Source: a virus
IMG/VR virus record: IMGVR_UViG_3300020390_000002
Span: 27,336-91,335 of that record
DNA length: 64,000 bases
Reading direction: 5' to 3' (one strand)
Part shown: one piece after another, positions 26,202 through 34,975 of the stretch
Position numbering within the stretch: the stretch's first letter is position 1
Layout of the letters: each line of letters begins with the position of its first letter
The notes under the pieces: generated by a model
Told to the model about the DNA's origin: nothing
What the model saw: only the letters and a program-made list of their open reading frames with translations
Database searches by the model: none
Program-made: the position numbers and the translations under genes

Positions 26202-28135
26202 CAGGCAGCGTCCTCCACCAGGGTCGAATAGCCGCCCTCTTTCACCAGCGTCATCGACGTGCGAATCCAGTCGCGCAACGGGTTGTGTGACACCACGATC
26301 ACCGTGCCCTTCTCGCGCGCCTTCTCCTCCAGCACCGCCATCAGGCGCTCGAGGCCCGCCGCGTCCAGTGCGTCGTCGATCTCGTCGGCGATATACAGGC
26401 CGATCGGCTTCTCGGCGCGCGAGGCCACGAGGTCCTGCAGGGCCATTGACGTGGCCAGCCGGACCTTGCGCTTCTCGCCGCCCGACAGGCTGCGGAAGGA
26501 CTCCGCGGCCGTCGTGGAGGTGGCCGCGATATGGAACTTCTCGCGCGCCTCACCCTTCGACGTCTCGCCGATGGTCGACCACACGGCTGACAGATTGCCG
26601 TCGGACAGCACGCCCAGGTAATGCGCAGTGCGGTCATTCAAAAACGGGGTGACCTCGTCGAGAATGTAGCCGCGCACACCCGCCGGCGAGAACACGTCGC
26701 AGGCGGCCTCCATCGGCTTCATAGCCTGCTTCTGATCGATAAGCCGGCGCGTGACGGCCACCAGCTCGCTCTTCGCTCCATCGGCGCGCTCACGTGCTTT
26801 GACCAGCATGGCCGTATACGGGTTGACCTCGTCCTGCGCGGTGGCCAGATTGGCCTCGCAGGTATCCTTGATCTCGCCGGCGCGCGTGATGCGATTGCCG
26901 GCATCGCGGTGCTTCTGAATCTCGGCGTCGACGCGGTCGCGCGCATCGAGCATCTTGCTGATGTCCGTCATGGAAGACTCGTAATCGGTGACGCGCTGCG
27001 CTGCGATCTGAGCGCGTTTCTCCGCTTCCGAATACGCTGATAGCGCTTTGTCCGCGTTCTCCTGCTCACGCGCGAGCTGCGCGCTGATGCGGGCCTTTTG
27101 ATCGGCCACATCATCCTCGCAATACAGCTTTCCGCACTCACCGCAGGGCTTGCCGGGGATCTGTTCGACCCGGTCGAGCGCACCCTGACTGGCCTTGACG
27201 GCATTGCGCGCAGTGTTCAGCGCGTTCAGCGCCGTGTTCTGCTGGTTGATCAGATTGCCCTGCTCGGCCAGCAGTCGATTGTGTTCGACCTTCTCGCCCG
27301 ACACGCCGTTGATTCTGTCGCCCACCTTCGCCCGCATGTCGTTGAGCTTGGTAAGCGGGGTCAGGCGCCCGGCGTCGGCCTGGGCGGCCTTGAGTGAAGC
27401 GACGGCCTCGTCCAGCGCCTTCTGCGCCGTCTCGATCTTGGTCGCCTGGGTGCCGCCCCAGCCGGCCTCGTTGGTGGTCAGCTCGTCTACGCGGCGCTTG
27501 GCGTCGTCGAAAACCTGGCGCTTGGCATCCTGGTCACGCACCAGCGATTCGATCTCCTTTTCCAGCGCGCCGCGCCGGGTGCGCGCCTCGACATAGGCAC
27601 GCTCGAGCACGGTCACGCCCGCCGCTTCCTCGACAATCGCCTTTAGTTCGCGATCGGTCATGCCCGGCAGGTCCGGCATCTTCTCCTGGCCGGAGTAGAT
27701 CGCGGCATTGAATACGTCCACCGGCGCGCCGATCAGCCGCTCGACCATTTCCTGGGTGAGCTTGTTCGTGCCCTTCGTGACGTCGACGCCGTTGTGATAG
27801 ACCCACAGCTTGGACTTGAGGGTCTTGTGCTTGCGTCCGCGGCTCACGACCCAGTCGCTGCCATCCGCAGGATCGGTCAGGCCGATGGTCACGGAGCAGC
27901 CCTTGCCGGCAGTGCGATTGATGACCTCGTCGCCGGAGTCGCCTTTGGCCGTGATGCCGTAGAGGCACCAGGACAGCGCGTCCGGCAGGCTGGACTTGCC
28001 GGCACCGTTGGAATCGGCCGAGCTGTCGTCCAGATTCTTGCCCTGCAGCAGCAGCAGCCCGAGCGAATCGAGGCTGTTCAGGTTGGCCCGGCCGATCGCG
28101 CCGAAGTTTTCAAGATGAATGGACTGGAACTTCAT
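26201..28135 (-). CDS. sbcC: SbcC/Rad50-like ATPase
   Basis: NGAGKSS Walker A, CGEC zinc hook, LSGGE signature, IADEIDDALD Walker B, VSH. Confidence 0.92.
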   Translation of the reverse strand: MKFQSIHLENFGAIGRANLNSLDSLGLLLLQGKNLDDSSADSNGAGKSSLPDALSWCLYGITAKGDSGDEVINRTAGKGCSVTIGLTDPADGSDWVVSRGRKHKTLKSKLWVYHNGVDVTKGTNKLTQEMVERLIGAPVDVFNAAIYSGQEKMPDLPGMTDRELKAIVEEAAGVTVLERAYVEARTRRGALEKEIESLVRDQDAKRQVFDDAKRRVDELTTNEAGWGGTQATKIETAQKALDEAVASLKAAQADAGRLTPLTKLNDMRAKVGDRINGVSGEKVEHNRLLAEQGNLINQQNTALNALNTARNAVKASQGALDRVEQIPGKPCGECGKLYCEDDVADQKARISAQLAREQENADKALSAYSEAEKRAQIAAQRVTDYESSMTDISKMLDARDRVDAEIQKHRDAGNRITRAGEIKDTCEANLATAQDEVNPYTAMLVKARERADGAKSELVAVTRRLIDQKQAMKPMEAACDVFSPAGVRGYILDEVTPFLNDRTAHYLGVLSDGNLSAVWSTIGETSKGEAREKFHIAATSTTAAESFRSLSGGEKRKVRLATSMALQDLVASRAEKPIGLYIADEIDDALDAAGLERLMAVLEEKAREKGTVIVVSHNPLRDWIRTSMTLVKEGGYSTLVEDAA

Positions 28136-29223
28136 TCGACGGCCTCCACGGTGGTCAAAATGTCGTCGCAGACCGTCTTGACGGCCTCCGGATCGTCGTA
28201 TCCCTTCTCGTCGATGTACGCCGCAGTCGAGCCACGCAGCGTCTTGCCGGCGGTGACCGCCGCGCTACGGGTTGCAGCAGCCTTGCGGATGGGGATGACC
28301 GTGACGCCCAGCGCGCCGGCCTCCTTGAGCTGATTGCGCACGGTCTCGACGTCGGATTCGTTCTCGATCTCGACCTTCACGCGCACGAAGTGGCCATCGA
28401 CCATCAGCTCGATGTCGTTGGGGTCGGTGTCGACCGTGATGTCCACGAACTGCGGCGCCTGGGTGCAGCGCCACTCGACCTTCTCCGGGTAGACCAGCAG
28501 GTGGCCCGCCTTCGTGTTCGGGTCGTTCCAGGTCTGGTGCGTGACCGCGCCGATGGAGTAGACGCCGTTACCGAAGTCGACATGATTGTGGTAGTGGCCG
28601 GCGAACACGCGCTTGAAGCCCAGTGCGGCCAGCTCGTCGGCCTCGAGACCGGAGTCCGGCAGGCCCTTGATCACGCCGTTGACCGGCGCATGGATGACGG
28701 CGTCGACTTGAGCGCAGTCACCGCCGCGTTCCGACAAGCCCTGCAGCCATTCCTGCATCGTCTTCATAAGCTGCTGATGTGAACCATGCCAGGGGAAGAG
28801 CGCCACGTTCTGGTCGCAGTCGAGCTTGAAGCTGTTGCCGGCAGGATCGTTGACCATCGTCACACCCACGCGCGTGAGCGCTTCGGCGGAATTGCTCAGC
28901 CGGAACGTGTCGTTGGTTTCCAGATCGTGGTTGCCGGGGATCGCGTAGATGTTCAGGTCGAACTGAGTTTTCAGTTCGGCGAACAGGTCGAGCGTGACGT
29001 TGAGCACCATCGGCGAGACCGAGCCGCGCACGTGAAAGATGTCGCCGCCGATCACCACGTCCCGGCCGCCGCGATCGATCAGCTCGCGACAGGCAAGCCG
29101 GATGTTTTCGCGGATACTCCACAGGCGCGAGTTGACGCCGTTCTCGTTGATGGTCGAGAACGCGGACCACTCGTGCATGTGCAGGTCCGAGATCAGCAGA
29201 TAGGGAACGCTACTTGCCGGCAT
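28132..29223 (-). CDS. sbcD: SbcD/Mre11-like nuclease
   Basis: SDLH, GDIFH, GNHD and GHYH phosphoesterase motifs. Confidence 0.92.
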   Translation of the reverse strand: MPASSVPYLLISDLHMHEWSAFSTINENGVNSRLWSIRENIRLACRELIDRGGRDVVIGGDIFHVRGSVSPMVLNVTLDLFAELKTQFDLNIYAIPGNHDLETNDTFRLSNSAEALTRVGVTMVNDPAGNSFKLDCDQNVALFPWHGSHQQLMKTMQEWLQGLSERGGDCAQVDAVIHAPVNGVIKGLPDSGLEADELAALGFKRVFAGHYHNHVDFGNGVYSIGAVTHQTWNDPNTKAGHLLVYPEKVEWRCTQAPQFVDITVDTDPNDIELMVDGHFVRVKVEIENESDVETVRNQLKEAGALGVTVIPIRKAAATRSAAVTAGKTLRGSTAAYIDEKGYDDPEAVKTVCDDILTTVEAVE

Positions 29224-29458
29224 TCTTGGCCTCGTCAAGCTGGGCCTCGAGGTCTGCATCGGCGTTCTTGATGAGGTTCGACATCACCATGAAGCCCGTC
29301 GCGAGCATCGAGTTCCAGATCAGCAGGCAGATCGCGAGGATCGTGAACAGCCAGTTGGTGCCGACCGCGAGCGCGGCGATCAGGGCGACCGACAGGACGA
29401 AGTGTCCGAGCGTGAGCAGTGGGTTGAGGGTGCATTTGACGCCTTTGAAATGGTGCAT
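29210..29458 (-). CDS. Small two-TM membrane protein
   Basis: 82 aa with two hydrophobic segments, AGAGGA RBS. Confidence 0.65.
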   Translation of the reverse strand: MHHFKGVKCTLNPLLTLGHFVLSVALIAALAVGTNWLFTILAICLLIWNSMLATGFMVMSNLIKNADADLEAQLDEAKNAGK

Positions 29459-29492
29459 GTTCTGTCCTCTTGTTGTGTGCTGAGTCTCTGCT

Positions 29493-29522
29493 TATGATAA
29501 GTCAGCGCTGAGTTATGTCAAT
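29493..29522 (-). promoter_or_regulatory. Sigma70-like promoter TTGACA-N16-TATCAT with operator (29498-29515) filling the spacer
   Basis: Minus strand TTGACAtaactcagcgctgactTATCAT. Confidence 0.9.
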
Positions 29523-29528
29523 AGACGG

Positions 29529-29960
29529 CTAGATTTTTATTTCGCCCTGCAGCAGCCGGAAGTGGATCAGCGGCAGATACTTCTGATTCGCGCCGCCGCG
29601 ACGCGAGTAGTCCGCGGACTTCACCTTGTGCGGATCATAGTAGTTGCTGATGTGGGTGAACCATTTGTCGCGACTGTTGCGCACCAGCACCACGATCCAC
29701 TCGACGCCGCGCGCTCGTGCCATGCCGAGCGTCGAGACATCGAGCGCCCAGGTGGCGGTGCCCGCGCGCATGGCATCCGAGAGCGTCTTGCAGTCCGACC
29801 CCGCGCGGAAGATTTCGCGCGTGCTGCGATAGGCCACGTAGACCTGGCGGCCGGAGGGATGGAAGGTCACGAACGCACCGTAGAGCTTGCCCTTGTGCTT
29901 GAGCGGCTCGACCGTGCGGTCAGCGTTGGATTTCAGCATCGTGTATCGGCTCGGGGCCAT
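29529..29960 (-). CDS. Basic hypothetical protein
   Basis: 143 aa ORF. Confidence 0.7.
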   Translation of the reverse strand: MAPSRYTMLKSNADRTVEPLKHKGKLYGAFVTFHPSGRQVYVAYRSTREIFRAGSDCKTLSDAMRAGTATWALDVSTLGMARARGVEWIVVLVRNSRDKWFTHISNYYDPHKVKSADYSRRGGANQKYLPLIHFRLLQGEIKI

Positions 29961-30504
29961 CCTCGTAAGGGGTGAGATAAAGCGCCTGCAGCTGCAGGTC
30001 CTCCTTGTTCATGAACGCGCCGTAGGCTTTGCGCAGCACCGCATCGACATGGGCGACGGGATCTTCGGGCTTGTCGTGGAGCGCGCAGTGATTGAACTTC
30101 GCGTGCGCCAGCAGAATGGCGTTGTAGCCGCCGGCGAATACCTGCCGGGTGCGGGCGTAGCCGAAGATGTTGTCCGCCACGCTGTCGTAGAGCGCAACGG
30201 TGGTGCCCGTGCTCAGGCGCTCGGTCCAGGCGCGGCCAAGCCGCATCGTGTTGAAGGTCGTCTCCATGCCGATCAGCGGCGGCCGGAAGGCCACCAGCGG
30301 TATGAACTTCTCGCACCAGCGCGTGCGTATCTGGACGAACGACGGTGCCGCTGCGAGCCTGCCGACCGCGCACAGGGCAGCGCGCCCACAGCAGTCGCAG
30401 AGGTTCACGTCGCGCGCCTGCTCGGGCTGCGTCTCGATCGTGAATGCCCCGTTGGGGTGACGCTTGACCCGCTGGCTGAGCTTGTTGTCGAGGCCGGAGC
30501 TCAC
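29920..30504 (-). CDS. Hypothetical protein with Cys cluster
   Basis: GTG start overlapping the previous stop. CDCC...C...C. Confidence 0.7.
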   Translation of the reverse strand: MSSGLDNKLSQRVKRHPNGAFTIETQPEQARDVNLCDCCGRAALCAVGRLAAAPSFVQIRTRWCEKFIPLVAFRPPLIGMETTFNTMRLGRAWTERLSTGTTVALYDSVADNIFGYARTRQVFAGGYNAILLAHAKFNHCALHDKPEDPVAHVDAVLRKAYGAFMNKEDLQLQALYLTPYEDGPEPIHDAEIQR

Positions 30505-30782
30505 GCCTCGTCTTCCTCGGCCGCGCACTTCTGACAGAGCCAGGTCTCGTCGTCGTCGTCGAGCGTCGCTTCTTCGGTCGGCACGTCGTCGTAACAGTCA
30601 CCACAGACCTTGTGGTCCGCCGTGTTGATGTCTTCGAAGCTGACCCACTCCCAGGTCTGGACGTAAGCGCCGTACTCACACCCGAACGAGACGACGGCGT
30701 CCGCATCGGCTCCGGACGCGCATGCGTCGCGAACGCGCTCAACTATTTTCTTTTGATTTTCATCGTACTCGACGTCAGGCAT
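30501..30782 (-). CDS. Acidic zinc-finger hypothetical protein
   Basis: Start MPDVEY after GGAGA. CGDC...CQKC. Confidence 0.7.
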   Translation of the reverse strand: MPDVEYDENQKKIVERVRDACASGADADAVVSFGCEYGAYVQTWEWVSFEDINTADHKVCGDCYDDVPTEEATLDDDDETWLCQKCAAEEDEA

Positions 30783-30919
30783 GCGTGTTCTCCATGTTTT
30801 CTGATATGAAAATGATATGCGCACAGAAGCGGCGAAGCACGCAATGGCGAAATGCCACGAGGAGATTCGCCGCTGTCGCGCGGATAAACTCCGCTCAGGG
30901 TAAAAATCGAGGGAAAAAA

Positions 30920-31153
30920 ATGACGTTGGACGGAATAAAGGAGCGACTCGCATTCGCTCGGGTCGCAACGGGCCTGATTGTAGTGACGGACGCTTCAATA
31001 ATTGGCGTGACCTTCAACTCCTGGGGCAACCCGGCGCGCGAGATCACGATCGCCTGGGGCGCGACGAGCGCCATTGTCTTAACGGCGATGGCCGTGTGCG
31101 CTATCATCTACGCAACGCACCTGATTCGCCGCATGGAGGAAGATCATGCTTGA
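30920..31153 (+). CDS. Small two-TM membrane protein (opposite strand)
   Basis: GAGGG RBS, MTLDGIKERL..., two hydrophobic helices. Confidence 0.65.
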   Translation: MTLDGIKERLAFARVATGLIVVTDASIIGVTFNSWGNPAREITIAWGATSAIVLTAMAVCAIIYATHLIRRMEEDHA

Positions 31154-31238
31154 GCTATTCAACAACGTAATGGTCCCCCTGTCGGCGGTGTCCTTTGTCG
31201 CCATGCTGGGCTGGGCGATCTACTACATCACCCACTAG
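31146..31238 (+). CDS. 30-aa single-TM peptide (not in ORF track)
   Basis: MLELFNNVMVPLSAVSFVAMLGWAIYYITH. GGAGGA RBS, terminator follows. Confidence 0.55.
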   Translation: MLELFNNVMVPLSAVSFVAMLGWAIYYITH

Positions 31239-31252
31239 ATCGGACAGTGCAT

Positions 31253-31282
31253 AAAAAGCGGGCCATCGGCCCGCTTTTTTTA
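31253..31282. terminator. Bidirectional terminator
   Basis: AAAAAGCGGGCC-atc-GGCCCGCTTTTTTT between convergent genes. Confidence 0.85.
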
Positions 31283-31302
31283 TGCCTGCGATCCGCGAGC
31301 GG

Positions 31303-32325
31303 TCAGGCGGATTCGGGGAACAGCTCCAGCAACTTGGCGGTCTCGTCATTGGCCGCAATACGTTCGATCAGCGTCGAGCGGGGGAATTTCTTGCCGTCCC
31401 ATTCGATGTTGTTGCCCGCCTTCTCGAGCCGACCCATTTCCAGCAGCGCGTCGATGCTCGAGCCGATCACGTCGAACTTGCCGGTGCCGTCCTCCTGGTA
31501 GAGGAAGTCCCATTCGCACTTGCCGAACGGGCGATAGACCTTGTTCTTGATGATCTCGGCGCCGATGCGCTGACCGATCCGAACCTTCGCACCGCCGACC
31601 GTCTTCGTGAGCTGGCTGCGACCGAGCTTCACACGCACCGACGCATAGAACTCGGGCGCGTTGCCACCCGGGGTCGTCGTCGGATCGCCGAACATGACGC
31701 CGATCTTGGTGCGCGCCTGATTCAGGAACAGCGCCAGCATTTCATACTGCTCGCACCACTGCGCCAGTGCCGGGAAGCTGGCAGAGGTCGCACGTGCCAG
31801 CGCAGTGTTGTCGGACATATTCAGCGCAGCGACACCCTTGTCCTCGATGTTGTTGAACTTCGATTGCGGCACCATAGAGGCAAGCGAGTCGAACACGCAG
31901 ACGATCGGGGCGTCCGGGTCGATCAGGCTCTTCTCGCGGATCACCTTCGCCATGTTCATGGCGGTAGCGATCGACTCCTCGAACGTCTTGGGCGCCTTGT
32001 AGACCCACTGGCCCGGATCGACATTCAGGCCGAGCGCGACGCCCTGTCCCACGTCGAAGCTGCGCTCGTGGTCGAAGAAGGCGGCGACGCCGCCGTTACG
32101 CTGTGCGGTCGCCATCGCGCAGGTCGCGATCGCGGTCTTGCCGGAGGACGGCGGGCCGAACATTTCGACGATACGGCCCAGGGGAAAACCGCCGCCGTGA
32201 TAGTGGCCGGAGATTTCGTAGTCGAGCTTGGGGTAGCCGGTCGACAGGAACATGCGGACTTCCTGCCGCGGATCGTTGATGCCGATCGCGGCCTCCAGCT
32301 CAGCAGCCAGGTCCTTTACACTCAT
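31303..32325 (-). CDS. recA: RecA-like recombinase
   Basis: GRIVEMFGPPSSGKT, FDSLA, NQARTKIGVMFGDPTTTPGGNAPEFYASVR and KNKV. Confidence 0.95.
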   Translation of the reverse strand: MSVKDLAAELEAAIGINDPRQEVRMFLSTGYPKLDYEISGHYHGGGFPLGRIVEMFGPPSSGKTAIATCAMATAQRNGGVAAFFDHERSFDVGQGVALGLNVDPGQWVYKAPKTFEESIATAMNMAKVIREKSLIDPDAPIVCVFDSLASMVPQSKFNNIEDKGVAALNMSDNTALARATSASFPALAQWCEQYEMLALFLNQARTKIGVMFGDPTTTPGGNAPEFYASVRVKLGRSQLTKTVGGAKVRIGQRIGAEIIKNKVYRPFGKCEWDFLYQEDGTGKFDVIGSSIDALLEMGRLEKAGNNIEWDGKKFPRSTLIERIAANDETAKLLELFPESA

Positions 32326-32334
32326 GGTGCCTCC

Positions 32335-33267
32335 TTATCGGGAAAAGCGTTCGGCCCAGAGGTCGAACTTTTGGAGAATCGATTGGAAATTCAGCTCACG
32401 ACACAGGCGCTCGAAGGCGTCCATGTCGGGCTTGGGGTTGCCCACCTGCAGCTGTAGCCCGGTCGGGTCCGTTTGCAGGTTCATCAGCTTGAAGTTGCGC
32501 TTGAACACGTCCAGGCGCCCGACATGCTCATGCTTCGGACAGGGCTTGTTCTCGGCGAGGTCGCGGTAGGGCTTGGGAATCTTCTGGCCAGCCAGTTCGC
32601 CGCCGTTGTACGCCTTCACGAAGGCCGGCACCGAGCCAAACTCCGCCAGGAGCTCCGCGGCCTTCTGCTCACCGAGCATGCCGACCGGATGAATGTTGTC
32701 CGAGTTGTCACCCTGCAGCGCCTTGCCCTGCAGGAAGGCAGCCGGCGTGGCGTATCCGGTGAGATCGAGAAAGGTCTCGTGGTGGACGAACTTGTAGTTG
32801 TCGTCGCGGGCATTCATCCAGGCGCAATTCGGGCGCACCAGCTGAATCCAGTCGCGGTCGCCGGTGACCAGGATCACGCCATTGTTCGGCTTGGCCAGCA
32901 GTCGCCGCGCGAGCACGCCGGCGAGATCGTCGGCCTCCTGGCCCGGATCGTAGATGGCGCCGACACCCAGCGTCTCGCAGACGCGCTTGATGTCGTCCTT
33001 CTGGTCACGGAATGCGGCCCGCATCTTGGCGATCTTCGGGTCCATCTCCCGCTTTTCCTTGTATTGCGGGTAGAGGTCGTAGCGCCACTGGCTATGCCCG
33101 TCCCAGAGAACGATGATGCGTGCGTGGGGCTTTTCGCCGATCAGGAAGTTCAGCTTCTTGGCGAAGCCGAAGATCGCCTGCACCTCGCGATTGCCGACCG
33201 TCAGTCGGGCTGACTGCTGTGCGGCGTATCCGACCGAGTGCGCGTCGATAAGGTATGTCGTTTTCAT
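32335..33267 (-). CDS. 5'-3' exonuclease / RNase H (FEN family)
   Basis: LIDAH, WDG..WR..LYPQYK, EADD, TGDRDW and GDNSDNI. Confidence 0.93.
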   Translation of the reverse strand: MKTTYLIDAHSVGYAAQQSARLTVGNREVQAIFGFAKKLNFLIGEKPHARIIVLWDGHSQWRYDLYPQYKEKREMDPKIAKMRAAFRDQKDDIKRVCETLGVGAIYDPGQEADDLAGVLARRLLAKPNNGVILVTGDRDWIQLVRPNCAWMNARDDNYKFVHHETFLDLTGYATPAAFLQGKALQGDNSDNIHPVGMLGEQKAAELLAEFGSVPAFVKAYNGGELAGQKIPKPYRDLAENKPCPKHEHVGRLDVFKRNFKLMNLQTDPTGLQLQVGNPKPDMDAFERLCRELNFQSILQKFDLWAERFSR

Positions 33268-33337
33268 TCTTGCCCCTCTAGGAAGCAGGGCCGGATTAAC
33301 CGGCCCTGCGGGTTGCGCCTTGTGTCCGCGACCGGGC

Positions 33338-34324
33338 TTACGAGCCCAGCGCGTCCAGCTCGGCCATCAGGGCATCCACGTCCTCGTCGTCCGAGCTGGC
33401 CGCAGCCTGGACCGGGTTCGCGGCCGGAGCAGCAGCCGGAGCAGCAGCCGGAGCAGCAGCCGGAGCCGGGGCAGCAGCCGGGGCCGGAGCCGGGGCAGCA
33501 GCGGCCGGAGCGGCGGGCTCCGACTCGGTGAAGTCGGCATCGCTGACGTCACTGAGGTCTTCGTCGAGGCTGATTTCACTCAGACTCGGCGCCTTCGCAG
33601 CGGCAGGAGCGTGCGTCAGAGCGCCCGCGCCCGTCGAAGCCGTCACCAGACCGCGCGTTGCGTTGACCACGCCCAGCGCCTTCTGCAGACCCGCCTCGTA
33701 TTCCTGATCGACGTACTCGTCGAGGTTGGTCACCTTGTCCATGATCGACGGATCGATCGCGGTGGACTTGACGGCCACGTTGACGGTGTATTTCGTGCTC
33801 AGGCCGGTGCCGTCGCGTTCGATCATCACGTCATAGCCTTCGGCGAAGTCGAAGATATTGACGCCTTCGTCGTAGTAGTTCTTGGCGACGTTGCAGAACT
33901 GCTCGAACACGGTCATCGGCATTTCCAGCACGACCGGCGTGTTCGGCTCGGAACCATCACGACGCAGCGCGTTGACCAGCATGCGCGGGGTGGCCTTGCT
34001 CGCTTCCAGCGCCTTGATCGTGGCGTCGTCGTGCGCGTCACGGATGCCCTCGCTGATCAGCTCGCACACCCGGCACGGACGGCCATAGGTGGCCTCTGCG
34101 CAGATGTAGACGGCCTTGACCTCGTCGCTGCCCGGCGCCTTCAGGAAGTGAACGCCGTAGCCGTGGAAGAACGGCTGCTCTTCACCATTCGGGCCTTTCG
34201 GGCGCCAGGACGGAAGCACGCGATAGCGCGACTTGCCCGGCGTGATCTTGGCCGTGCGCTCACGGCGGCCCGAGCGGGCCTGCGCCTGCTTCTGCGCGGC
34301 ATTAAGAATGTCCAACATGCTCAT
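33338..34324 (-). CDS. Single-stranded DNA-binding protein (gp32-like)
   Basis: RYRVLP, Cys-containing core, GTGLSTKYTV, Ala/Pro linker and acidic tail DDEDVDALMAELDAL. Confidence 0.75.
   Translation of the reverse strand: MSMLDILNAAQKQAQARSGRRERTAKITPGKSRYRVLPSWRPKGPNGEEQPFFHGYGVHFLKAPGSDEVKAVYICAEATYGRPCRVCELISEGIRDAHDDATIKALEASKATPRMLVNALRRDGSEPNTPVVLEMPMTVFEQFCNVAKNYYDEGVNIFDFAEGYDVMIERDGTGLSTKYTVNVAVKSTAIDPSIMDKVTNLDEYVDQEYEAGLQKALGVVNATRGLVTASTGAGALTHAPAAAKAPSLSEISLDEDLSDVSDADFTESEPAAPAAAAPAPAPAAAPAPAAAPAAAPAAAPAANPVQAAASSDDEDVDALMAELDALGS
33422..33515. repeat. Short tandem repeats encoding the Ala/Pro linker of SSB
   Basis: (GCCGGAGCAGCA)n variants. Confidence 0.8.
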
Positions 34325-34358
34325 AGATAGGTTCCTCTTAGTTGTGCAGTCGTAAATG

Positions 34359-34376
34359 TAAGTCAGTGGTGATTTA
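34359..34376. promoter_or_regulatory. Palindromic operator copy
   Basis: TAAGTCAGTGGTGATTTA. Confidence 0.75.
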
Positions 34377-34387
34377 TTACTGCGATG

Positions 34388-34900
34388 TTAATGTTCTCGT
34401 CCAACCTGGCCTGCGATTCGGGTTGCCTCGTCACGAGCCGAGCCGCCTGAACCCGTTGTTCCGCTAACGGTGACACGGGCCTGGCCCTTCATTTCTTCGA
34501 GCTGACGCTTACCGACCTGCACGAGCATGTCGCGACGCTGCTTGAAGGCTTCGAGCGCGTTACGGGCCATTTCCGCGATCATGCGCGAGTCATTGGCCAG
34601 CTTCGCTGCCTGGATATAGTCGGGGTGCAGGATGATCCGCTCCTCGACCATGTTCTCCGTCACTTTCTTGCCGCCCTCCGCGGCATCCTCGCGCACCGCA
34701 TGGGCGACACGCGCGCGCACGTGGGTCATGTGCGTCTTGAACCGATCCGCCTGATGCTGCGCCTGCGCGTAAATGTTCCCGTAGTAGGAATACAGCGACG
34801 CCTGCTGCATCATGGCCGTGTCGATGTCCACGTCCGAAAAAGCGACCTGCTCCTTGAGCTTCGCAGGGTCGATGAACTTCTTGAAAACAGGAGCGGTCAT
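34388..34900 (-). CDS. Helical protein, possibly UvsY-like recombination mediator
   Basis: Start MTAPVF. KKVTENMVE...LEAFKQRRDML. Lies upstream of SSB and RecA. Confidence 0.6.
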   Translation of the reverse strand: MTAPVFKKFIDPAKLKEQVAFSDVDIDTAMMQQASLYSYYGNIYAQAQHQADRFKTHMTHVRARVAHAVREDAAEGGKKVTENMVEERIILHPDYIQAAKLANDSRMIAEMARNALEAFKQRRDMLVQVGKRQLEEMKGQARVTVSGTTGSGGSARDEATRIAGQVGREH

Positions 34901-34953
34901 AGAATTTTGTCCTCTTTCTGATGAATGAACTATAGTCGTCGCTGAGTAGAAAG

Positions 34954-34971
34954 TCAATCAGCGGTGACTTA
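34954..34971. promoter_or_regulatory. Palindromic operator copy (degenerate)
   Basis: TCAATCAGCGGTGACTTA. Confidence 0.65.
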
Positions 34972-34975
34972 CTTT

